From the human T2T-CHM13v2.0 reference genome, Homo sapiens: a stretch of DNA of 64,000 bases. Shown piece after piece: positions 34,166 to 60,267 of the stretch; position 1 is the stretch's first letter, and each line of letters opens with the position of its first letter. The translations under genes and the position numbers were made by a program. The notes beneath the pieces are model-generated. The model was not told the DNA's origin and searched no databases. It saw nothing but the letters and a program-made list of their open reading frames with translations. The DNA is taken from assembly GCF_009914755.1 (NCBI RefSeq), contig NC_060925.1. The stretch is one strand, 5' to 3'.

Positions 34166-34391
34166 GGGTTTAGTGCAAGGCCAGTGGGGACTGCACAGAA
34201 GCAAGCCCACGTGCCTTTTATAAGATCCTACACTTTGCCTCAGTCTGGCCCCAAGGAGACCCAGCTTAATTTGTTTCTGAGTAAGTAAAGCCCGAGGTGC
34301 ACTCAAGGAGAAGGGCTCCAGTATCCGATAGCCTTCCCTGTCACCGAGGTGTGTCCTGGCTTCCTTAAGGCTTCCGGAGGAATAAATGACG
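34166..34391 (+). repeat. 226-bp direct repeat, copy 2
   Basis: Offset 1207 bp from copy 1; 225/226 identical. Confidence 0.97.
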
Positions 34392-35380
34392 CTGTGCTGA
34401 GAACATTTTGTGCAGATAGGCCAAGATCAGGATGTGAATTGCACTTTATGAAAAAAAAGAGAAAAGGAGGGAAATAACTCAATTTCAAAGCTGATCCAAG
34501 AAAATAATGATATTCTAGGGAAAAAGAGGCCAAAGTCAACCAAAGGATAATGATGCCTTGCTCTATTTAGAATTTTCCAAATGAGAGGCTTTTTCTCTTG
34601 GTCATTATCGACTTTTAAACAAAACTAAGTATCACTAGCAATGATTAGCAAATGTCCTTATTTACACAAAACCTGCCATTTTTCCAGCACCCAACTGCTG
34701 TACTCTAGGTATTCAGCTCAGTTTCCCTGAGCCCAAGATGCACTCATTATCGCACTCATGATTTGTTAAATTGAGAACGTTTGTGGATTTAGAGGATGAA
34801 TGAGAAGTACCAGCTCCCTTGTTAACATCAGATGGGTCTGAGCAACCTCAGAGAGAACCCCTCTCAGGTCTTTAAGGATGGAGACCGCACTCAGGAAAGG
34901 TCCGTGTGTCTTACTGCTCACAGACAGATGAGACTGCCCCACTGGGTCCCAGCTGTAGTGATCAGAGTCAGTAGGTTTCCAGCCCGTCAAGTCTGATAAG
35001 TACGGCCTCAGTGTGTGACCAAGGTGAGCACAAACCACAGAAAACTGTAAATAGCCAGCAAAAGGCAGGACAGAGTGAAGGGCAGGGTAGAGGGAGAAAG
35101 GGGGAAGCTGTGAAGAAACATCCTGAGGCAGCCAGCAGGTGCTCAGTCTTGAGTGCTCTCTCTTGGCAGGAACGTTGAGTAAGTTAGAAGCCCAGGCTTC
35201 AGGGTCAGTGAAACCAGTTTCCAAATCCAGCCGCATTATGGACCTTGGGCATGCTGCTTAGACCCTGAGCCTGGCTTCTCATCTGTGAAGTGGAGGAGAC
35301 TGGTCTGTTACAGGGTCTTAAGAAACGATTTCTGTAAAGTTCCTGACACAGGGTATGTAATACATTCAAACTATTATATA

Positions 35381-39182
<3,802 letters not shown>

Positions 39183-39307
39183 GCACATACTATTTATTTC
39201 CTTCGCCTACGACACAGAGAAACCCAGGGCTTCCGAATAGCATCTCTGCCTCTTCATCACACTGAACCTATCTCCTCACCCTTAAAGTGGCCATTCTGAC
39301 ATCTTGA

Positions 39308-40045
<738 letters not shown>

Positions 40046-40162
40046 TTAATGAATGTTGAGTGCCTGGTACAGAGCCTGGCATACAGTAGACATTCACTAA
40101 ATGGTGACTTATGAACTCTACACTTCCTCCAAGGACCAGGACACATGCCTCCTCCTCCATAA

Positions 40163-40533
<371 letters not shown>

Positions 40534-40735
40534 TAACATGATAACTCAGCTGGTTTTTTACATAACAGAGACAAATTCTCTTTGACCTTTGTATTCCCGG
40601 GTGTGGGTGATGGTAAGTGCTCAGTAAACGTTTATGGATGGCACTAATGAAAGTCCTGCCCATGGCCCTGCCTTGTGGCAGTGTGGAAAGCCACCACGTG
40701 GCCTTCTCAGCCTTCAGGACACAGTGGATCTGTGA

Positions 40736-41149
<414 letters not shown>

Positions 41150-41360
41150 TGAGGTAGCTCTGGGGAGGCACAGGGAAAAGATGGGCCAGGCCCTGCCCTC
41201 ACAGAGCTCATAGGCTAATGCAGGAGACAGATGATAAACAAGGAGCAAAATAAATAAACAAACAGTGGCGTTTCTGAGTCAAGAGGGCTATAGAGGAAAA
41301 CAAAATGCAGAAAAAAAAAAGGAGTCCAGTGACAAACGGGCAAACAGGGGACACTGCAGA

Positions 41361-41583
41361 TTGGGGTCAGCAAACAACAGCCCTTGGGCCAAATCCAGCC
41401 TGCTGCTTGTATTTGTAAATAAAGTTTTATGGGTATACAGCCATGGCCATTCATTCACCTATTGTCCATAGCCACTTTGCCCTGACACAGCAGAGGTGAG
41501 CCATTACGACAAAGGCCACATGGCCTCTAAACCTAAGATATTTACTGTCTGGTCCTTGACAGAAAAAGGTTTGCCAACCCCTG
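41361..41583. mobile_element. MER58A-like hAT-Charlie MITE
   Basis: Terminal inverted repeats ggggtcagcaaac / gtttgccaacccctg; internal gtaaataaagtttta. Confidence 0.8.
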
Positions 41584-41620
41584 CTTTAGATATCCAGGAA
41601 GGCCCTCTTTTTGAGCATGA

Positions 41621-42394
<774 letters not shown>

Positions 42395-44400
42395 TAATCC
42401 CAGCAATTAGGGAGGCAGAGGCAGGAGGATCGCTTGGGTCCAGGAGTTCGAGACCTGCCTGGGCAACATAGCGAGACCCTGTTCTCCACAAAAAAAAAAA
42501 AAAAAAAGGAATAAAACAAAACAAAAAAATGAAAACGAAGGGATAGTTTAGATCATGGGTTCTTAATCCAGGCTCAGGGGAAGGTTTTCATGTTTATATG
42601 TACGTTTGGGGAAAGGGGAATGTCAGTAACTATTGTGGATTCTCAAAGAGATCTGTGTCCTCTAGAGTCCCAAAAGATTAGAGAATCCCACAGGCCCTGA
42701 GCTCCAGCATAATATCAAGAGCCCCTCGAAATACGGCATCTTGTGGGCATGATGGCTTACACCTGTAAGCCCTGCACTTTGGGAGACTGAGGCAGGAGGA
42801 TCACCTTAGCCCAGGAATTCAAAACCAGCCTGGGCCACATAGTAAAACCCGGTCCCTTCAAACAATTTAAAAATTAGCAAGGCATAGTGTGCACGCCTGT
42901 GGTCCTAGCTGCTCCAGAGGCTGAGGTAGGAGGATCACTAGAGCCTAGGAGGTCAAGGCTGCAGTGAGCTGTGATCAAGCCACTGCACTCCTGCCTGGGT
43001 GACAGAGCGAGATCCGGTCTCAAAAATAAATACATACCTACAGCATCTTGTTTAATCCCCTCCCCAAGACTGAGTGAAATGCATGTCGTTATTCCCATTT
43101 CCCAGTGACCACTCTGAGGCTCAGAGGAGTAAAATGACTTACTGAAGGGCCCCCTGCCAGGCGGTGACATATGGGTATCCATGGCCCATCAGGCTGACTC
43201 TGAAGCCCGTGCTCCTCACGGCTGCCTCTCTGTCTTTGTGGTTCTGTAAGTTGGACAAAATTATTTTCAGCCATGGAGGAAACATAATGGTACTTTGGCA
43301 TGTGGATGCTGCTTGTACCGTGGGAGTTTCTGCTTTTGGAGTTGTGTTTTGGGAGAAAGGGGGTTGTTTTAGCTTTGTTTTTGTGCCGTGGGGTTTCAAA
43401 GCATCTGGGGATGCAGACACTTCCATCTTCCTCCTGCTTCCTGCCAGGAGTGCAAATCAGACACATTTCCCAAATCCAAAAACAAACCACCGGGAAAGCA
43501 GTGAATTTACACGGTGGAATTTGTCTCACTTGAGAGGGGCAGAAATAGCTGCCCTGCACGGTGGAAATGTCGAAGGTCATATAAGGAAGCCACAACAGGG
43601 CGCCAAGTCCCTGGCTCCCAAGGCCCCGACGTGGTCCAATTGCTCAGTGCTGTTTTCTCCAAACAGATTGGATGTTGGCAAACGAGAGAAGGCAAATGAA
43701 AAAGCTGAAGGAGGCAGGGGGGAAACTGAAACCAAATGCAAATGATAAGAGATGAGGCGTTGGGGCCAGGGACCTGACACGTAAACTCGCCCTCGGCTCA
43801 ACTTTTGTCTGTACCTACCCTTAGGCACAGCCTGTCAAGCAGAAAAATTTCCTTCCTTAAAACATTAATTCTAAAAAAGCCAGAAGATTGAGTGTGCCCG
43901 GGAATAACTTGGTGATTCAGAGAGAAGTGTGGAAGAACAGGAGGCTGCAGACCTGAGCAGTCACTGGCTACCAACATAATCAATAAGAATGGCATCTATT
44001 AATTGAACACCTACTATGTGCATAGAGATGCTTTACATGAATCATCTCTGCATCTCAGAATACCTGGCCAGAAAGAGCTTAGGTCTGTTGACCCCACCTC
44101 CAGGGCTCTTGTCATGACACCGCTGCTGATTAACCTCTTGCCTACCATCCTGCATTCTCCCATCCCTAAAACCATTCCATGGACCAAGACACTGAGTGAG
44201 CCCCAGAAAGTTATCATTTTCCCAAGGTCACACAGCAAACAAACAGTGCTCCTCATAGTATAGGAGAAAGATCAAGAGACAAATTTTTCTTTGCTGACTT
44301 TACTCTGCTAAGCCTCAGTTTCCTCATCAGTAAAATGGGCATCATGATAGCACCTACCTCACAGGGTAGATTATGAAACCACGCATGTGCAGTATCTATG

Positions 44401-45088
44401 TGGTGTGGTTTGGCTGTGTCCCCACTCAAATCTCATCTTGAATTGTAGCTCCCATAATTCCCACATGTCATGGGAGGGACCTGGTGGGAGGCAATTGAAT
44501 CATGGGGGCGGGTCTTTCCCATGCTGTTCTCGTGATAGTGAATAAGTCTCATGAGATCTGATGGTTTTATAAATGGGGGTTCCCTCACACAAGTCCTCTC
44601 TTGCCTGTTGCCAGGTAAGACATCCCTTTGCTCTTCCTTCCTCTTCCGCCATGGTTGTGAGGCTTCCCCAGCCATGTGGAACTGTGAGTCCATTAAACCT
44701 CCTTTTTTATTTTATTTTATTTTATTTTTTTTTTGAGACCGAGTCTCGCTCTATGGCCAAGGCTGGACTGCAGTGGTGTGATCTTGGCTCACTGCAACCT
44801 CTGCCTCCCGGGTTCCAGAGATTCTCCTGCCTCAAGCCTGAGTAGCTGGGATTACATGTGCTTGCCACCACGCCTGGCTAATTTTTGTATTTTTAGGAGA
44901 GATGAAGTTTCACCATGTTGGCCAGGCTCATCTCGAACTCCTGACCTCAGGAGATCCGCCTGCCTCGGCCTCCCAAAAGTGCTGGGAGTACAGGCGTGCG
45001 CCACAACACCCGGCCTAAACCTCTTTTCTTTATAAATTACCCGGTCTCAAGTATGTCTTTATTAGCAGCTTGAGAACAGACTAATACA
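44401..45088 (+). mobile_element. THE1B/C-type MaLR solo LTR interrupted by an antisense Alu (about 44703-45015)
   Basis: tggtttggctgtgtccccactcaaatctcatcttgaattgtagctcccataattccc...gagaacagactaataca. Alu TSD taaacctc. Confidence 0.88.
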
Positions 45089-45383
45089 CTGAGTATATGT
45101 AGCAGGCTTGCAGCTTCTCCTGGTGTGAGGTGTAAAGGGGATACTGAAGGGAAGCGGGTGTTAGTTGTCATTTGTCATAGCAGAAGGAGGTTCCAGGGGT
45201 TAGCTGTTGCTCTTATAAAGCCCTGGGTGAGTCTTGAATGGTGCCTGTTCACGATGTACCATGCACTGTTCAGTTTCACAGCATTCTTTCGTTTCCTCCT
45301 CCCTGCAGCACTATGATCCAGGTACAATTATGGTCATTCCCCTTTTACAGATGAGAAAATCAAGGTAAAGAGAGGAACATTAG

Positions 45384-45587
<204 letters not shown>

Positions 45588-45925
45588 CAGCCAGAGAATG
45601 CCCACTGCCTGTAACAGCCACCTGGAGAACTTCATAAAGATGTCTCACAGCCCTGGGGACACCTGCCCAGTGGGCCCCAGCCCTACAGGGACTGGGCAAA
45701 GATGATGTTTCCAGATTACACTCCAGCCTGAGTCAGCACCCCTCCTAGCAACCTGCCTTGGGACTTAGAACACCGCCGCCCCCTGCCCCACCTTTCCTTT
45801 CCTTCCTGTGGGCCCTCTTTCAAAGTCCAGCCTAGTCTGGACTGCTTCCCCATCAGCCTTCCCAAGGTTCTATCCTGTTCCGAGCAACTTTTCTAATTAT
45901 AAACATCACAGAACATCCTGGATCA
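45588..45925 (+). other. CDA: CDA 3'UTR
   Basis: Follows the stop codon. Ends near the variant poly(A) signal at 45898, which is followed by the GU-rich tract gcgtgtgtcttgctctgtctc. Confidence 0.7.
45898..45903 (+). terminator. Probable non-canonical CDA poly(A) signal TATAAA
   Basis: I see no AATAAA in 45588-45930. TATAAA is followed about 25-45 nt later by a GU/U-rich element. Confidence 0.55.
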
Positions 45926-46650
45926 AAGCGTGTGTCTTGCTCTGTCTCTATCCTTGCTTGCAGCTCTTAGGAGGGACAGCATGATTTGTCTTTATAGGAA
46001 GAGCTGGACTCTTTCTGTTCCGAGAGGAAATGGGTACCTTGGAACAATGGACCTTATGGTGTGGAGAGCTGAGGTTTTAGGCAACTTGCCCCAGCGTTCT
46101 CTAAACGGGCAGCTCCCCTGGGCTGGACCTAACTGCCAATAACCATCCTAGAGTGTGTTTTTGTCTCATTATAGACCTGAGCACCAGGAGACTCCAGAGT
46201 ATAAAGGGTCAGGCACGGTTTGTCTAGACAGTGTAACAAAGGGTTTTCTCAGTAGCTACTGTATGTCAGGTAATTTGTGTGCATCATTTTAAGTTTAACA
46301 TGCTCCACAGTTCTGTGAGGAGGGTGTGGAGATGCCCCCTTTTCACAGATGAGAGCACTGGGCTTTGGAGAAGTTGAATACCCTGCTCTAGGACAATGGC
46401 AAACCTCAGAACAGAATCCAGGCCCCTTAACCCCCACTGTGGTCCGGAAACATTGCATGCTTTTTGCCATGCACTGCGCTAAGGTGTGTGACATATATGA
46501 ACCCGTTCAGTCCTCATTTGTCAAACTCAAAGGTTAATTATTAGTGTTCTCAATTTAGAAATAAGCAACTCGAAGCTCAGAGTGATTGAGTTGCTCACCC
46601 AAAGTCACACAGCTGATGTGGCAGAACTGGAATCAGAACTAGATCTGTCT

Positions 46651-50839
<4,189 letters not shown>

Positions 50840-51073
50840 TGATTTTTAGGACCCTAAAGCACAGTCCCAGATTCCCGTGGAAATTAACAGAAGCATGTAT
50901 ATGTCTGCTGCTCTGGCCAGCTGCTGCTAATTGCTCATGTAAACCATGTGACTCTTTAGTGTTTCCTTTTGGCAGGGAGGAGAGCACGGCTATAACTGAC
51001 AGGTATTCGGGGTACTTTGGATCTCTGTGTCTGAAATAAAGCCAGAGAACACTGTTCAAGAATAAATAATGGA

Positions 51074-51705
<632 letters not shown>

Positions 51706-51713
51706 AAGAATAA

Positions 51714-53000
<1,287 letters not shown>

Positions 53001-53211
53001 ATGCCAGGAGGTGGGTATTCTAAAGATGTAAAAATTCACAATGTACATGAACAAGGAAAACAAAATAAAATTAAAAAGTAGATAAGCATGGTGGAAGGGT
53101 CAGAAGATGCAGGCCTGGTTAGCCCTGTTAAGGAGTTTGACTTTATTCCAAAGGGCAGCCATCAGTTTCAGGTGTGGGTCACGTGGTCAGCTGTATACCT
53201 TAAATATCTCA

Positions 53212-54100
<889 letters not shown>

Positions 54101-54234
54101 GTGGCTCACACCTATAGTCCTAGCTACCTGGGAGTCTAAGCCATGAGGAGCGCTTGAACCCAGGATTTGGAGACTGTGAGCTATGATCTCGCCATTGCAC
54201 TCCAGCCTGGGCAACAGAGCAAGACTTTGCCTTG

Positions 54235-54415
54235 GAAGAAAAGGAAGGGAGGAAGGAAGGAAGAAAGGAAGAAAGGAAGGGAGGAAGGAAGGAAGGGAGG
54301 AAGGAAGGAAGGAAGGAAGGAAGGAAGGAAGGAAGGAAGGAAGGAAGGGAGGAAGGAAGGAAGAAAGGAAGGGAGGGAAGGACGGAGAGAGGGAGGGAGG
54401 GATGGAGGAAGAAAA
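54235..54415 (+). repeat. (GGAA)n polypurine microsatellite
   Basis: Visible GGAA/GGGA repeats at the Alu tail. Confidence 0.95.
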
Positions 54416-56084
54416 GGTAGAGATATGAAGAAAACTATCAGAAAAAAGCTAAAAAGGTAAAAAATCATTGTCTCCAGGCTGGGGCATTAGGTTTACAAAG
54501 AGTTGGGACAGAAGATTGTTGCTTTTCATTATAAGCCTATCTACATAAGCTCTTAGTATTTTTTAAACCATGTATTTATATTACTTTTATTTAAAATAAT
54601 TATTAATTAAAAACAACAACAGCAGAGCTCACACCTGCAATCCCAGCACTTTGGAAGGCCAAGGTAGGCAGATTGCTTGAGCCCAGGAGTTCAAGATCAG
54701 CCTAAGCAACATAGAGAGACCCCTCTCTTAAAAACAAAACAAACGATCAAAGAAAAAAACAGAAAGTGGATAAAAAAGAAACCATGGAAAGGAAATTCAT
54801 TTGGCAATGATGTGGTGCACATTCTAAAGCATAAATGCAGTAGTTGATTCTGTTGGGGTGGGGATGTGAGTTCTTAATACTCCTGTTTCCTTCCAGCCTT
54901 TCTCCACCCCTCCCCTCACTCCTGCTGGGAAGGAAGAGTGACTCATGATTGGGGAGTTTCAAAGTGTCACCCAGCCCCTTCCTCTCAGCTTCCCCTTGGG
55001 CATAAGCCTGCCCACTAAGGGCTTGAATTCCCAATTGTGTCTCAAACAAGTGCTGGGGACCCAACCGGCCCCATGCTAGGTGCTGAGGGATATGAGATTT
55101 AAACATCACAATCCCTGTCCTTACAGAACTCACATTTTAGTGGGAGAGACAAAGAAGGGACATCTAGTACAGTCCAGAGAAGGTCAAAGAAGGCTTCCTG
55201 GAGGAGGTGACCTCAAGTATGAATGGAGATTCTTTCAGGCAGTAAATCAACCCAGAGGAGTCACCATGGTGGTTGAGACAACTGGAAGTAATTTAGAAGT
55301 AATTGAGTGATGCTGGACCATAAAAGGCAGGGTGGGGGACAGTAAGAAGGATGCTAAATAGTGAGGAATGTTGTGTGCCAGGCTGAGGAGCCTGGGCTTT
55401 ATCCCAAGGGCAGTGGGCAAGGGTACAGAGCTTATGAAGATTTTATACGCAGTAGGCAACATGGCCATATTTGTAATGTGAACAACCACTGCAGGACAGC
55501 AAATATATTGGATGAAGGAACCACAGATTGCCTGGGTTTCTTAACAGAGCAATCTCTCCCTGCTCCACCATCACTATGTTTTCATCCGTCTTGCCCTGAC
55601 AACATAGGGATGCTTCCTTCCAATGAAATCTCACTTTCTGCCCACTGTGGTCTTCTTCTAACCTCCAAAAACTACCGCCCAGGAGTTTCAAGTAGCAGGA
55701 TTTTGATCTGGCTGCACCTTTGCTCTGTCAACAGTTTTAGCAAAACCGCCTTCCACCTCTGCAGACAATTTAGAGATAGCACTTCTGAAATGGTCTGTGG
55801 ATAAAGGATGTTGCTGCTCTGGGAAAATGTGTCTGCCTCCTGCCAGCAGGAGACAAAGAGCACTGAAACTGTGCCAAAGGATGCTGTCCAGAAAGGGAAG
55901 GTCAAACAGCCCTCAACATTCTCTTTGTTGAAGTCTTGCCTTTTTCCATTTTTACATTCAAATCAGCTTCCCCACCCCCATGTCCTTTGGGTGGGAGGGA
56001 GGTTAAATAATGCTTCTTAAGAAGATTATGTACTTTCCCAAAACTCCACAGTCCTTGCCCACCAGGAGGGAAAAGGTAGTGAAA

Positions 56085-56726
56085 TATAAACCAAAAATAA
56101 AATTCTAAACCCCCCAACCATCTGAATGGACTCCCCCTCTCAGTCAAGGGCATTCCAAAGTTAACCTGAAAAAGTAGTTCAGGCCATGATAGGAAGGGGG
56201 ATTCAGATATGCCTCATTATTCCTTCCTTCCTTTTGAAATTCAGGTCCAGCTGACCAGCATTAACATCAACACAGACCTTAAGACTGATAGGCTCTAAGT
56301 CTGATGAGAAATATTTACAACGTATTCTCTCTGAAGCCTGCTACCTGGAGGCTTCATCCGCATGATAAAACCTTGGTCTCCACAACCCCTTATCTAACCA
56401 GACATTTCTTTCCACTGATGCCACGTTTTTAGATAATCACTCTTTCAACCAATTGCCAATCAGAAAATCTCTGAATCTACCTATGACCTGGAAGCCCCCA
56501 ATTCCAGTTGTCCCACCTTTCTGGACCCAACTAATGTATATCTTACATGTATTGATTGATGTCTTATGTCTCCCTAAAATGTATAAAACCAAGCTGTAGT
56601 CTGACCACCTTGGGCACATATTCTCAGAATCTCCTGAGGGCCATGTCACAGGCCATTTGTCACTCATATTTGGCTCAGAATAAACCTCTTCAAATATTTT
56701 ACAGAGTTTGATTCTTTTCATTGACA
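56085..56726 (+). mobile_element. MER4A/B-group ERV1 solo LTR
   Basis: Starts (t)ATAAACCAAAAATAAAATTCTAA, ends AATAAACCTCTTCAAATATTTTACAGAGTTTGATTCTTTTCATTGACA. Confidence 0.8.
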
Positions 56727-57349
56727 GAAGATACAAGGATGCCTACGGAATGGAATGTAGACCAAAAAAAAATAATAATAGTAATGTGGCCGCTCCATCA
56801 AGTCCCCCACTCCATTCTCCTCTAATTCTGTGGCTGGGCATATCAAAGCCTACCTGGTAAAGAGTTGATGTTCTGTGAATGAATGAGACTTTCATACAGA
56901 ATATTAAATCTGCAATATAAACAGATATTCATCAGAAAACCATATACTATCATGTACTCCATAAATATATACACATACTATGTATTCATAAAAATTTTTT
57001 AAAAACCAACCAAACATGGCCAGGCATGGTGGCTCATGCCTGTAATCCCAGCACTTTGGGAGGCTGAGGTGGGCAGATCACCCGAGGTTGGGAGTTCAAG
57101 ACCAACCTGACCAACATGGAGAAACCCCATCTCTACTAAAAATACAAAAATTAGCCAGGTGTGGTGGCACATGCCTGTAATCCCCCCTACTCAGGAGGCT
57201 AAGGCAGAAGAATTACTTGAACCCAGGAGGGGGAGGTTGCGGTGAGCCAAGATCACGCCATTGCACTCCAGCCTGGGCAACAAGAGCGAAACTCCATCTC
57301 AAAAAAAACAAAAACAAAAAAAACCAACCAAACAAAAACTATTTATCAT

Positions 57350-57704
57350 TGTATTAGTCTGTTTTCATGCTGCTGATAAAGACATACCTGAGACTGGTAA
57401 GAAAAAGAGGTTTAATTGGACTTACAGTTCCACATGGCTGGGGAGGCCTCAGAATCATGGCGGGAGGCAAAAGGCACTTCTTACATGGTGGCGGCAAGAG
57501 AAAATGAGGAAGATACAAAAGTGGAAACCCCTGATAAAACTATCAGATCTCATAAGACTTATTCACTACCACAAGAATATTATGGGGGAAACCACCCCCA
57601 TGATTAAAATTATCTCCCACTGGGTCCCTCCCACAACATGTGGGAATTATGGGAGTACAATTCAAGATGAGATTTGGGTGGGGACACAGAGCCAAAACAT
57701 ATCA
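57350..57704 (-). mobile_element. THE1A/B-type solo LTR with 5-bp TSD ATCAT
   Basis: tgtattagtctgttttcatgctgctgataaagacatacc...gggtggggacacagagccaaaacatatca. Flanked by Alus at 57018-57325 and 57752-58053. Confidence 0.88.
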
Positions 57705-58715
57705 ATCATATATCCAATTTCACCTTTTTGGGATACCATTAAAGAGATGAGAGGCCAGGGGCAGTGGCTCATTCCTGTAACCCCAGAGATGTGGTGGGAG
57801 TATCACTTAATGCCAGGAGTTCGAGACCAGCCTGGGCAAATAGCAAGACCCCATCTCTACAAAATATTTTTTAAATTAGCTGGACATAGTGGTGTGAGCT
57901 GTAGTCCCAACTATTTGGGAAGCTGAGGGAGGAAGGTTGCTTGAGCCCAGGAATTCAAGACTGCAATGACCCATGATCATACCACTGCACTCTAGCCTGG
58001 GTGACAGAACAAGACCCTGTCTCATAAATAAATAAATAAATAAATAAATAAAAAGATGGGAGATGTTATGGGAGAATCTCAAGATGATTCCTTGAGACCT
58101 GAGACCCATGGCACCACCATAAAAAGAATTTTTCCTTCTCAGGAGGATAGACAGGGATGAATGGAGTCAGGACCATTGTCCCTGGGAAATGCATGCCTGT
58201 GCCCCTGGCACAGTAAGGCTGTATCTCTGACCTGAGAGGTGAGAATGCAGAACCCCTGAAATCCTTGCTGGAAACCTCTCTCTTCCAAAATCCACTTACT
58301 TGTCCATTCCATACAGATGTCTGCCAAAGAATCAAGCTTCATGCTGTGCTTGATTCAGACCTGTCAGACTTCAGATTTTTCTACAGATGGAGAAGTGAGT
58401 AAGTCCAGCCTACAATGGAAGGTTAATTAACATCAGTCTGGAGATTTCATTTCCAGCTGATGGATTACGTATCGCAGGTCCAGTGAGTTCATTTGCAGCT
58501 CAGGGGAACAAATGCAAAGGCTTAAGACAAACGTACTCTTTAACTCAAGACAACCAATACAATGTCTTATAAGCTGTGTGGTCATCATAAGCCTCATACT
58601 AAAAGGTTATGTTCCTGGGAGATTAAAGAAAATCTTTGTAGTTGAAACATTAAATATCTCAGAGAACCTCTTTTTCCTTCTCTATAAACATTAAAGAGAG
58701 GAGCTATAATGGTAA

Positions 58716-59610
58716 TGTTGACCAAAAAAAAAAAAGCCAAATTCTGTAAAATATTTAAAGAGGTTTATTCTGAGCCAGTATGAGTGATCATGGCTCAGAG
58801 TACAGTCTCAGGAGGTCCTGAGAAAGGATGCCCAAGGTGGCTGGGTTACAGCTTGGTTTTATACATTTTAGGGAGACAGAAGTGACAGGCAAAAATATAA
58901 ATCAATACATGGAAGGCATATACATTGGTTCAGCCTGGAAAGGTGGAACATCTTGAAGCAGTGGATGCTCATAGGTTCTACGTGGAGTCAAAGATTTTCT
59001 GACTGGCAATTGGTTGAAAGAGTTAAGCTTTGTCTGAAGAATTGAACTCAGTAGAAAGAAACGCTTGAGTTAAGATAAGGGGGGTTGCAGAAGCCAAGGT
59101 TTTGTGCTGACTCAGCACACGAGGACGGCGTCAACTCCCTATGACTTCATCTCTGACCCAACCAATCAGCACTCCCCACTTTCTGACCCCCTACTCACCA
59201 AATTATCCATAAAAACCACCATCCTTGAGTTTTCAGGGAGATTGATTTGAGTAATAATAAAACTCTGGTTTCCCATACAGGTGGCTCTGTATGAATTAAA
59301 CCCATTCTCTATTGCAATTCCCCTGTCTTGATAAATCAGCTCTGTCTAGGCAATGAACAAGGGGAACCCAATGGACAGCTATGATACCAGCGTCAGGCTG
59401 GAATTTGGTATCTTATTGTCAGTCTTATGTGCACTATTGAATATTAATGCTGGTCAGTCGTGGCTAAACTCCAAAAGGGAGGGGGTATAAGGAGGCGTGT
59501 CCAACCTCCCTTCCTTTCATGGCCTGAAATTTAGTTTTTTAGGTTTTCTTTGGCCCAGAGGGGGTCCATTTAGTCAGTTGGGGAGCTTAGAACCTCATTT
59601 TTAGTTTACA
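58716..59610 (-). mobile_element. MER4-group solo LTR (TSD GTAA) containing a + strand LTR8-like 3' half (about 59105-59385)
   Basis: Ends tgttgacc... and ...agtttaca. The internal segment has LTR8 text gatttgagtaataataaaactc...cccctgtcttgataaatc. Confidence 0.75.
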
Positions 59611-59635
59611 GTAATGAGACACAGCAGATGAGTAG

Positions 59636-59940
<305 letters not shown>

Positions 59941-60267
59941 TCAGACGAGTGGATTTAAACTTTAAATCCACTCATCTGTGCCCCAACTAAGTTTCCATGA
60001 GTGAGCCTGTGGTTACTGGAATGTGAGATTTCTCCAACTTTCTTTCCCTTATCATTCTTCAAATTACAACTTCAGTGGAGCATTTAAAATTATAATTAAA
60101 AATTCCCTGAGGTTGATCCAAAAAATTAAATATCTGATATTCATGTGCCTCTATACAAATGGGAAATTCATCTATGCCTCTCCCAAATAAATATGATTGG
60201 ATATCACAAGAACCATAAAATTCCTCCCTTAAGGAAGATTATGAGAGAGACCAGCACACACACACAC

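Noticed and set aside
43164-43745. 193-aa ORF in non-Alu intron 3 sequence
   Set aside because: GTG start, no recognisable domain and no splice support.
57261-57926. 221-aa ORF
   Set aside because: Non-ATG start; spans Alu tail, THE1 LTR and Alu.
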